From a virus: a DNA stretch of 64,000 nt. The stretch is taken from positions 1-64,000 of the IMG/VR virus record IMGVR_UViG_3300021373_002801. One strand, given 5' to 3'. The notes below the pieces were generated by a model. That model was not told the origin of the DNA, searched no databases, and saw nothing but the letters and a program-made list of their open reading frames with translations. Each line of letters begins with the position of its first letter. Position 1 is the stretch's first letter. This document shows, one piece after another, positions 39,444 through 47,322 of the stretch. Made by a program: the position numbers and the translations under genes.

Positions 39444-40070
39444 ATGAACAATATACATCTAGAACACCATCCAATGTTTGTTACATCTGCTTATGTTACT
39501 TATGTCGAAGATATAGACAACACCAAGATAAGTGAACATGTATATCACTTAGATAAAAATGTTCCTAATGTTAGACGACAGCGTAGCAATGCCGGAGGCT
39601 TTCAAACTAATGATATTTACCCAATGCCCTATGATTTTGACGAAACAGGTAAATTATTTGATAATTTTATTAAACCGTCGGTTGGTACTATATTAAATGG
39701 TTGGCAAGTTCCGCATGATATTGATAGTTTTAGTTATTGGTATAATTTAAATCCAAAATACACATACAACAGAGAACATATACATGCAAATGCTCTTGTT
39801 AGCGGAGTGTATTATGTTAAAGTTCCTAAAGATAGTGGTAGGATAGTTTTTAATCGTAGTACCAACGAATACGATCGTATGCATAATATTCAAACTATTT
39901 ACGCATCTAACGATTCTATAGTAGATAATCCACAAACAAATAATTCACATTGGTTTATTCCAGTAGAAGGAATGCTTGTGCTTTTTCCTAGTCATGTCAG
40001 TCATTATGTAGAACAGAATGTTACAGATGACGAAAGTGATGGTCGAATATCACTAAGTTTTAATTTTTAA
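39444..40070 (+). CDS. 2OG-Fe(II) oxygenase, HxH type (TIGR02466-like)
   Basis: SN.GG.Q, HIH...SGVYYV, FPS.V.H.V, RISLSFN; start reassigned to 39444. Confidence 0.85.
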   Translation: MNNIHLEHHPMFVTSAYVTYVEDIDNTKISEHVYHLDKNVPNVRRQRSNAGGFQTNDIYPMPYDFDETGKLFDNFIKPSVGTILNGWQVPHDIDSFSYWYNLNPKYTYNREHIHANALVSGVYYVKVPKDSGRIVFNRSTNEYDRMHNIQTIYASNDSIVDNPQTNNSHWFIPVEGMLVLFPSHVSHYVEQNVTDDESDGRISLSFNF

Positions 40071-41559
40071 ATCTATACTGGTGAAACTCTTCGCTAGTCA
40101 TACAATAAGACATAGTATTATACCATTCATCTTGCATGTCTAACAATGCATGTTCAATATCATCTTGGGTGTGTATTCTACTTAAATCATTTACTGCAAT
40201 TTCTGGATTAATTAAGCCTATTTGATACATAACATGACTATATAACGGACCGCCTCCACTGCCGTAATATGTAGGGAAATCGTATCTACTTGGAATTCTT
40301 GACTTAGAACTTTCAATTAGTGTTTTATTATATTCTGTTGCCGAATTATTAGTAACATATTTCCAAAATTCAGTATCTGTTCTTCCCCCCATATAATGCA
40401 TGTTTAAAAAATGCATATAATCATCTACAGATTTAGCATTTGTTTCATTATATATTTTTTGAGAAGATTCATTACATGTATCTTCAATTGTATTTTTTAA
40501 AAACTGTTTACTAAAGATCTGTGTTTGCACTACAGTATGATGTATTGCTGTAGCTTCCATGGGTTCTAAAAATTGCGAACTTAATCCGTTAGCAAAACAA
40601 TTTTTGATCCAAGATTGTTTTAGCCTTCCTGCATCAAACTTTACAACTTTTATAGGATCAATACTATGTCCGTATACTGTTTCTACTTCTTTTATAGCAT
40701 CGTCTATACTTATAAAATTGTCACTGAATACATATCCGTTGCCTCTTCGGTGTGCAAGAGGACCGCGCCACACCCATCCGTTGTTTTGTGCCCAGGCAGT
40801 TGTATATAATTCGGGATATTCATGTTCGTTATATTGTGTAAAAAACGGTATTGCAGTGTTAACTGGTAAATGATCTTTATAACTTATCCAATTATTTTCT
40901 TTTAACTCATTTATTAAGATTTTTTTAAATCCACTACAATCTATAAAAAAATCTGCGCCAATATCTGTTTGATTAGACAAATTTAGAGATTTTATAAAAC
41001 CTTTATCGTCAAAATTAACATTAATAACTTCTGTATCTATTAATTTTACATTTTTTAATTGTAAACAGTGATTTTTTAAATATTCACTAGTTTTCATACC
41101 GTCTATATGTAATGCAAAATTGTAATCTATAAAATCTTGATCTGTTTTATGAAATAATGTAAACTTTTTATCAATAAAATTACCAAGTCGACTAATTTTT
41201 CCAAGATCTTTTCGAGGCAAGTTGTTCATACCCCAATAGAAAAACAGATCTTGGTCTAATCCGCTAGTATAACTACCGTCAATGGGCGCAGTATAGTAAT
41301 CTGTAACATCAGGAGCCCAATTTATGTGCCGAATGGCATATTTTGGAGTAGCATTTGTCTTTAACATGAAATCTTTTAAAGACAGTCCGTACCTTCCGTC
41401 TAATAAGTTTGTAAAATACCCTGTAGTACTTTCACCTACACCTATAATACCAAATTTTGATGATTCAATTACTGTAAATGTGTGGTTAGGGTGTTCGTGT
41501 GCTAAAATTAGTGCAGTCGTCCAGCCACTTGTACCCCCACCAACAATGACTATGTTCAT
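40060..41559 (-). CDS. Flavin-dependent halogenase-like protein 4
   Basis: GGGTSG, GVGESTT, ATPKYAI, WVWRGP (variant), FLEPMEATA. Confidence 0.88.
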   Translation of the reverse strand: MNIVIVGGGTSGWTTALILAHEHPNHTFTVIESSKFGIIGVGESTTGYFTNLLDGRYGLSLKDFMLKTNATPKYAIRHINWAPDVTDYYTAPIDGSYTSGLDQDLFFYWGMNNLPRKDLGKISRLGNFIDKKFTLFHKTDQDFIDYNFALHIDGMKTSEYLKNHCLQLKNVKLIDTEVINVNFDDKGFIKSLNLSNQTDIGADFFIDCSGFKKILINELKENNWISYKDHLPVNTAIPFFTQYNEHEYPELYTTAWAQNNGWVWRGPLAHRRGNGYVFSDNFISIDDAIKEVETVYGHSIDPIKVVKFDAGRLKQSWIKNCFANGLSSQFLEPMEATAIHHTVVQTQIFSKQFLKNTIEDTCNESSQKIYNETNAKSVDDYMHFLNMHYMGGRTDTEFWKYVTNNSATEYNKTLIESSKSRIPSRYDFPTYYGSGGGPLYSHVMYQIGLINPEIAVNDLSRIHTQDDIEHALLDMQDEWYNTMSYCMTSEEFHQYRFKN

Positions 41560-43085
41560 AAATTTCGTAATCCTCTAAAATATTCAATAAACTCTTTATA
41601 AGAGTAACAATATTGTGTCTCATTTGCCCAATGATTTTTAAGTTCATAATGACTATGTTGTGTTAGCTCATATAAATTACCTTCTGGCAAGCTAAAATCT
41701 ATTTCTGAACTAGCAATATCTTTGTTAAGAACATTTATACCTTCCATAACATAACTGTACAACGGCCAACCAGCACTACCTTGGTAATGAGGGAAATCGT
41801 TAAATGTCGGTGTCCTATATTTTGCCATTTCTAATAATTCTTTTACAAACTCAGTTTGAGTTACTCCGGTTTTAATATATTTCCAAAATTCGCTGTCGTC
41901 TCGGCCACCCATGTAGTGCAATACTAGAAAATCTTTAATGTCATCGTATAATTTTCTTGTTCGTTTGTTATATATTGCCATACTTCCTTCATTTATAGTT
42001 TGTTCGATAGTAGGTTTTACATATTCAAAGAATAAATTATTAGCTTGTACAATAGTTGAATGAATACTAGTTGCTTCCAACGGTTCTAAAAAGGCACTAC
42101 TAAGTCCGATAGTAACACAATTTTTAATCCAAGCACTTTCTTGCCGCCCTGAATCAAATTTTATTACTCTGATAGGATCTATTTCTTGTCCTAGTATTGT
42201 TTCTATTTCTTCTTGGGCTTTGTCAGGAGTTGTATAAGCATCGCAATAAACATATCCGCATCCTTTTCGATCCATTAGAGGTATCTGCCACATCCAACCT
42301 GCTTTTTGTGCCCAGGCAGTTGTATATGGTTCTGGAACTTCGCCTTCTTTGTATTTTAAATGAAACGGCAACCCTGTGTTTAGAGGCAAGTTGTCTTGGA
42401 AACTTACCCATTTACTAGGAAGATGTTTCATTACCACACGATTAAATCCTGAACAATCAATAAAAAAATCACCGTCTAATATTTGTTGGTTAGATAACAC
42501 CAAACTTTTCACAAATCCCTTATCATTGAGTTTTACATCTAGTACTTCGGTATCAATGTGTTTAGTGTTAAGTCGACGAAGTGCAACTTTTTTAAAATAT
42601 TGCCCTGCAAGGTGTGCGTCTATGTGATATGCATGATGATTGTCTATAAATTCTTTTTTAAATTTATTAAAATTACTTAATTCGTTGTAAATCCAATAAC
42701 CACAACGAGAAAGATTTAACATTTCTTTTCTTTGTAGTTTGTCTAAACCATAATTAAACATACAATCGGGTACAGCACTAGCAGTAGTGGTACCATCAAT
42801 AGGGCCTATATAATAATCATCAACGTCATTAGTCCACCCCTTGTGTTTAATAGCGTATTTTAAAGTTGCACCAGTTTCTTTAATAAATTCGTTTTGATCA
42901 CATCCGTAATTTGTAGCCCAGTTAACTAGTACATCGGTAAAGTGTCCAGTAGTGCTTTCACCAACACCAACTACCCCTATTTTACTACTTTCAATAACAG
43001 TAATTTCGTGATCAGGATGCCTTGCACTAGCAATCAATGCCGTGATCCATCCTGCTGTGCCGCCTCCTACAATTACAATCTTCAT
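41556..43085 (-). CDS. Flavin-dependent halogenase-like protein 5
   Basis: GGGTAG, GVGESTT, ATLKYAI, WMWQIP, FLEPLEATS. Confidence 0.9.
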   Translation of the reverse strand: MKIVIVGGGTAGWITALIASARHPDHEITVIESSKIGVVGVGESTTGHFTDVLVNWATNYGCDQNEFIKETGATLKYAIKHKGWTNDVDDYYIGPIDGTTTASAVPDCMFNYGLDKLQRKEMLNLSRCGYWIYNELSNFNKFKKEFIDNHHAYHIDAHLAGQYFKKVALRRLNTKHIDTEVLDVKLNDKGFVKSLVLSNQQILDGDFFIDCSGFNRVVMKHLPSKWVSFQDNLPLNTGLPFHLKYKEGEVPEPYTTAWAQKAGWMWQIPLMDRKGCGYVYCDAYTTPDKAQEEIETILGQEIDPIRVIKFDSGRQESAWIKNCVTIGLSSAFLEPLEATSIHSTIVQANNLFFEYVKPTIEQTINEGSMAIYNKRTRKLYDDIKDFLVLHYMGGRDDSEFWKYIKTGVTQTEFVKELLEMAKYRTPTFNDFPHYQGSAGWPLYSYVMEGINVLNKDIASSEIDFSLPEGNLYELTQHSHYELKNHWANETQYCYSYKEFIEYFRGLRNL

Positions 43086-43717
43086 TAAAAATCCTCTGTC
43101 GCTAATCCGGAGTTAAAAGCCATGTTAATCCTTTTCCGATCAATAGGGTTATTATGTACTTTGTGTATTAAATAACTTGGAAATAATAGTATATCTCCAT
43201 CCTTAGGTTCATAATATGAAGTTCCATGATAAGGCCAAGAAACATGTGTTGTTCTATGCATATAATGTTGTGGTATAAATTCAATCGCTCCAGTTCCTGT
43301 GCCTTGAAAGTAAAAAACTCCACTTACTAAGTTTGCACTAGATGTGTGAGCATGTTCTCGATTTTCTGCACCCTTTTCATTCATATTGAACCAAGCATCT
43401 ACATTCCACTGAGTTGATATTTCTACATCTTGTATATTTAAGTTATTAGGTTTAGGTAAAGCAGACATGTATTGGTTTGAAACTTCTAAAATTTTATTTA
43501 CAAGGTACTGTTGTGTTTGCTCATCAAATCCATTGTGTAAATGCGGCTTCCCCCTCCAGCATCCAAAATGACTATTTTTTAACATTTTTATATCTGCATT
43601 CAGTGTTTGATCTTTATATATTTTAATTTGATTACTAATTTTGTCACACATTGCTTGTGGAATTTCATTTTCCATGTGTAATATAATTGTTTGATCAATA
43701 ATATTTAAATTATGCAT
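43085..43717 (-). CDS. 2OG-Fe(II) oxygenase, HxH type (TIGR02466-like)
   Basis: HAH...SGVFY...FPSYLIHKV...RINMAFN. Confidence 0.85.
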   Translation of the reverse strand: MHNLNIIDQTIILHMENEIPQAMCDKISNQIKIYKDQTLNADIKMLKNSHFGCWRGKPHLHNGFDEQTQQYLVNKILEVSNQYMSALPKPNNLNIQDVEISTQWNVDAWFNMNEKGAENREHAHTSSANLVSGVFYFQGTGTGAIEFIPQHYMHRTTHVSWPYHGTSYYEPKDGDILLFPSYLIHKVHNNPIDRKRINMAFNSGLATEDF

Positions 43718-44315
43718 ATGTAAATACTACTACTACTCGTCTTTCGTGTAATGACGGATATTTATGGGCATGATAACAACCTTTAAATTGTGATACTTGC
43801 CATTTTTGTGCAGGTAATTCGTTCCAATCATTTATTTCCTCGTTCCATACTAGCGTAGGAGCTGTTGGATTATCTGTTAGATATAGTAACCAATTATAGT
43901 GATGCCAAGTATGATCTTCATGCGGCACGGTTATAGCATTTTCGCCATTATACCAATTACAATTTACATTTGCTCTAAAAATATTATGATAAGATTTGTT
44001 ATTTTGGCTCATCCAATTATGAAAAATTTCAAAAAAGAATTCTGCATACCCTTCACTAAAATGATCAGTTGGTCTATCAGTGTGTTTAACATGTTCTTCT
44101 TCAGTTCTGCGTAGAAGTGCATGACTTAAGAAAGGACCATTTACATATGATCCCTGTTTTATTTTTTCGGGAGTATTTTCAGGTGGAATATAAGTTGTTT
44201 GTTTAGATACATAGTACCAAGGAAAATGATAACCTAAAACATCATTTTCAATAATTGCTTTGTGCTGGTCCGACAGTAGTCCATCTGAATATGTTGTATC
44301 TTTTGGTAAAATCAT
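43710..44315 (-). CDS. 2OG-Fe(II) oxygenase-like protein
   Basis: FPWYY, PHED...LLYL...YHAH...RRVV; start reassigned to ATG 44315. Confidence 0.75.
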   Translation of the reverse strand: MILPKDTTYSDGLLSDQHKAIIENDVLGYHFPWYYVSKQTTYIPPENTPEKIKQGSYVNGPFLSHALLRRTEEEHVKHTDRPTDHFSEGYAEFFFEIFHNWMSQNNKSYHNIFRANVNCNWYNGENAITVPHEDHTWHHYNWLLYLTDNPTAPTLVWNEEINDWNELPAQKWQVSQFKGCYHAHKYPSLHERRVVVVFTYA

Positions 44316-44320
44316 ATACA

Positions 44321-44328
44321 TATTTAAC
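44321..44328 (-). promoter_or_regulatory. Late promoter core variant (GTTAAATA)
   Basis: TAAATA lies 5 nt before ATG 44315 on the minus strand. Confidence 0.5.
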
Positions 44329-44389
44329 GATAAATGACACATAGCTTATGAAATACGAATCAAAAAAATATTAAATAATAATGTGCGTA

Positions 44390-44397
44390 GATAAGTA
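44390..44397 (+). promoter_or_regulatory. Late promoter core variant (GATAAGTA)
   Basis: Intergenic, upstream of SD GGAGG. Confidence 0.4.
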
Positions 44398-44424
44398 AAT
44401 GTGTATGCTACCTGGAGGAAAGAA

Positions 44425-45042
44425 ATGAACACAGAAAATTCAAGCGGATTTACACAGCCAGCTATGGAACGCACCGAATCGGATAAGCCAGACCAAGAAG
44501 CAAGTTTACAGATTACTTCAATAAACTTTAATCCACTGTTTGACAACGAGGAAGTCAAAACCATATGTGAAAATACTATTGACGAACTTTGGATGCCTAT
44601 CAAAGTTATGGGTAACGAAGATTTACATAAAGGGTTTAGGCAAAAGCTAAGAGGAGATGTTGCAGATTTTCCTTTTACTAAGATTAGAGATATAACAAAA
44701 TCTGCAAACGATCAAATCTACAATTTTGATCTATTAGGGATTATTGATCAAGATTTCCCCCAAGTCTATAAATATACTGAAGAATGTTATTATAAAACCC
44801 ATATAGATTTGAATGTTCTTGCACCTACAAGAAAAATTACTTGGATAATAAATTTATCAGATGAAGACGAATACGAAGGTGGAAATATTTCTTTTTTAAA
44901 TATTGACACTACCGAAGTAAATACTAACACAAAGGGATCAATTTTAATTTTTCCTTCTTTTATACCTTATAGTATTGATAAAATTACTAAAGGAGAAAAG
45001 AAATTTATTGTTGGTCATGTGCATGGAGCTGTTTTCCGTTGA
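44425..45042 (+). CDS. PKHD/prolyl-hydroxylase-like 2OG-Fe(II) protein with a degenerate metal site
   Basis: HID...RKIT..INLS...YEGG...FPSFIPY (His replaced by Tyr); start follows GGAGG. Confidence 0.75.
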   Translation: MNTENSSGFTQPAMERTESDKPDQEASLQITSINFNPLFDNEEVKTICENTIDELWMPIKVMGNEDLHKGFRQKLRGDVADFPFTKIRDITKSANDQIYNFDLLGIIDQDFPQVYKYTEECYYKTHIDLNVLAPTRKITWIINLSDEDEYEGGNISFLNIDTTEVNTNTKGSILIFPSFIPYSIDKITKGEKKFIVGHVHGAVFR

Positions 45043-45827
45043 TTTTAGATTATGATTATTGGTATTTTGAAAAAGCAATAGATCCATCCCTCTGTGATCA
45101 TATAATTCAACAGGGTCTTGCAAAAATGAAAGCACAAGAAGATCAATTTGGTAAAGAAGTATCTATTGCCACTACAGGTGGTTGGCAACACAAAGGGTCT
45201 GAAGGCTACAAAAAAGCAGTAAATGATAAATCTATAGAAGAATTAAAACAAGAAGGATTAGATCCTTCTGAAGCATATGTAAGAGACTCAAACATTACAT
45301 GGCTAAACGACGAACCTTTGTTTGAAATGGTTCAGGCTTTTGTTAAAGAAGCTAACATACAAGCAGGTTGGAATTTTGATTGGGATTATACCGAAGAATT
45401 TCAATTTACAAAATATGGACCAGGCCAATTTTACGGATGGCATGTTGATATGGGCTCAAAACCCTATCGTGAATTTAAACCTGAAGAAGATAATTGGAAA
45501 CTTAATCCTAACGGAACTCCCATGTTAGATACATTTGGTAATCCTTTGACTGAAGATAATTTAGCAACTTCAAATCCTAATTTAATTGGTAAGATAAGAA
45601 AACTAAGTGTGACAATTAGTTTAAATAAACCTGAAGAATACGAAGGAGGAAATTTAAAATTTGACTTTGGACCGCATGCCGATGAAAGATTCCATGAATG
45701 TACAGAAATTAGACCACAAGGCAGTGTTATAGTATTTCCATCACATGTCTACCACCAAGTAACACCAGTCACAAAAGGTACAAGATATAGTTTAGTGGGT
45801 TGGAATTTAGGATATCCATTTAGATGA
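45039..45827 (+). CDS. PKHD/prolyl-hydroxylase-like 2OG-Fe(II) oxygenase
   Basis: QFTKY...WHVD...RKLS...YEGG...FPS..YHQVTPVTKGTRYSLV.W; TTG start. Confidence 0.9.
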   Translation: MILDYDYWYFEKAIDPSLCDHIIQQGLAKMKAQEDQFGKEVSIATTGGWQHKGSEGYKKAVNDKSIEELKQEGLDPSEAYVRDSNITWLNDEPLFEMVQAFVKEANIQAGWNFDWDYTEEFQFTKYGPGQFYGWHVDMGSKPYREFKPEEDNWKLNPNGTPMLDTFGNPLTEDNLATSNPNLIGKIRKLSVTISLNKPEEYEGGNLKFDFGPHADERFHECTEIRPQGSVIVFPSHVYHQVTPVTKGTRYSLVGWNLGYPFR

Positions 45828-46468
45828 CAAATCCAGAGCTTTTTAAACAAAATTTATATGTTGACTGTAAATCAATCGTACCAAAAGATATATGCAATCT
45901 AGTATCTAAATACTGTTTGATGAGAGAAGAAAATAAATTAGATGCACCTGAAGAAGCAGACGGCCAAGTACCATTTTCTCATAGCGTGTACGGTGATACA
46001 CTAATGGAAACATTAGAATTTTTCTTGCTACCCTATATGGAATCAAATACTGGACTGAGACTAGCTCCTACTTACAGTTATTATAGAGTATATAGGCCCG
46101 GAATGGAACTTGAAAGGCATAAAGATAGAGAAAGTTGCGAAATAAGCACATCGGTGTGTTTTGATTTTAAATATAACGATACATCAGAAGATTATCATTG
46201 GAGTATGTATGTAGATAAAGAATCTGTAAATACACCTGTACTGGGAGATTTTGTAAGTGCGGGTAATCCAGGAATTCCAGTACAACAGTCACCAGGTGAT
46301 ATTTTAATATATAGAGGTGTTGATATCGAACATTGGAGAGATCCTTTTGTAGCAGGAATAAATAGTTATCATATACAAGGATTTTTCCATTATATAGACA
46401 AAGACGGACCTTTTTATCCTGAATGGGTATATGACAAGCGTCCTAGATTAGGCTATAAAGAATTTTAG
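45824..46468 (+). CDS. 2OG-Fe(II) oxygenase-like protein
   Basis: PTYSY.RVY...L.RHKDR.SCEIS...GD..IYRG...EHWR...Q.F.HY. Confidence 0.8.
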   Translation: MTNPELFKQNLYVDCKSIVPKDICNLVSKYCLMREENKLDAPEEADGQVPFSHSVYGDTLMETLEFFLLPYMESNTGLRLAPTYSYYRVYRPGMELERHKDRESCEISTSVCFDFKYNDTSEDYHWSMYVDKESVNTPVLGDFVSAGNPGIPVQQSPGDILIYRGVDIEHWRDPFVAGINSYHIQGFFHYIDKDGPFYPEWVYDKRPRLGYKEF

Positions 46469-46474
46469 ATTTTG

Positions 46475-46482
46475 TATAAATA
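46475..46482 (+). promoter_or_regulatory. Late promoter TATAAATA
   Basis: Exact consensus, intergenic. Confidence 0.8.
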
Positions 46483-46505
46483 CTATTGTAATTTAAGGAG
46501 TTGGA

Positions 46506-46946
46506 ATGGCTATTAAAAATGTCCCCGCAAGCGATGTAGTTGCTGTTCAAGATGCATGTTATGTGATGGGTGTAGAAGAAGTTTGGTGCAGAATCAAATT
46601 TAAAGACTGTGAAAACTTTTGTGAATACCTTGCAATGCCTGATTCAGATGAACCACTTTCAAGAGAGCTTTACACAAAATTAAATAATGGTGACTACGGT
46701 GAATTATCACACGGAACTGATAGCTATCGTACACAGCCAAAAACTCAAGCTGAGCTAGAAGCAGACGTAAAAGCAACTAGAAACCAGCTACTACTAGAAT
46801 CAGATTTTTCTGGGTTACCTGATGTATCTGCTTCAATGACTGCTAGTAAAAGAGCAGAATGGTCTGCATATAGAACAGCGTTACGTGATCTTACTACACA
46901 AACTAGATTTCCTTGGGATCCAGATTGGCCAACTAAGCCGTCATAA
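46506..46946 (+). CDS. Tail fibre assembly chaperone (Tfa-like)
   Basis: C-terminal 'RNQLL.ESD...LPD...W.AYR.ALRDL..Q..FP....WP.KP'. Confidence 0.85.
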   Translation: MAIKNVPASDVVAVQDACYVMGVEEVWCRIKFKDCENFCEYLAMPDSDEPLSRELYTKLNNGDYGELSHGTDSYRTQPKTQAELEADVKATRNQLLLESDFSGLPDVSASMTASKRAEWSAYRTALRDLTTQTRFPWDPDWPTKPS

Positions 46947-46978
46947 GCCACAATTTAGCATTCGTAAAAAACTACTAC

Positions 46979-46986
46979 TATAAATA
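46979..46986 (+). promoter_or_regulatory. Late promoter TATAAATA
   Basis: Exact consensus upstream of groES. Confidence 0.8.
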
Positions 46987-47013
46987 CCATGCAATGTCGT
47001 TACTAAGGAGAAG

Positions 47014-47322
47014 ATGATGCAGGTATTTGAACCTATACGAGATAGACTTCTTGTAAAAAAAGTCGAAGACGAAAATAAAACAAAGTCAGGTCTTGTTCTT
47101 TCTGATGACACTAAAGAACGCCCCACTAAAGGCGAAGTTATTAGTGTAGGACCAGGTAAGATCAATGATGATGGTAAGTTATTAGATATGGTTGTACAAG
47201 CAGGAGACATGATTGTTTACCCGCGCTACGCAGGACACCAAATTAAAATTAACAAAGAAGAATTTTTAATTTTAGAAGAACACGAAGTTCTTGGAAAATT
47301 AAAAGGAGAAGATAATGTCTAA
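47014..47322 (+). CDS. groES: Co-chaperonin GroES (Cpn10)
   Basis: 'P..DRLLVK..E.E.KTKSGLVL....KE.P..GEV..VGPG...V..GD...Y.G..IK'. Confidence 0.95.
   Translation: MMQVFEPIRDRLLVKKVEDENKTKSGLVLSDDTKERPTKGEVISVGPGKINDDGKLLDMVVQAGDMIVYPRYAGHQIKINKEEFLILEEHEVLGKLKGEDNV

Noticed and set aside
34907-46468. Non-haem iron halogenases (HxG/HxA type) among the 2OG proteins
   Set aside because: All show HxD or HxH at the first metal motif.
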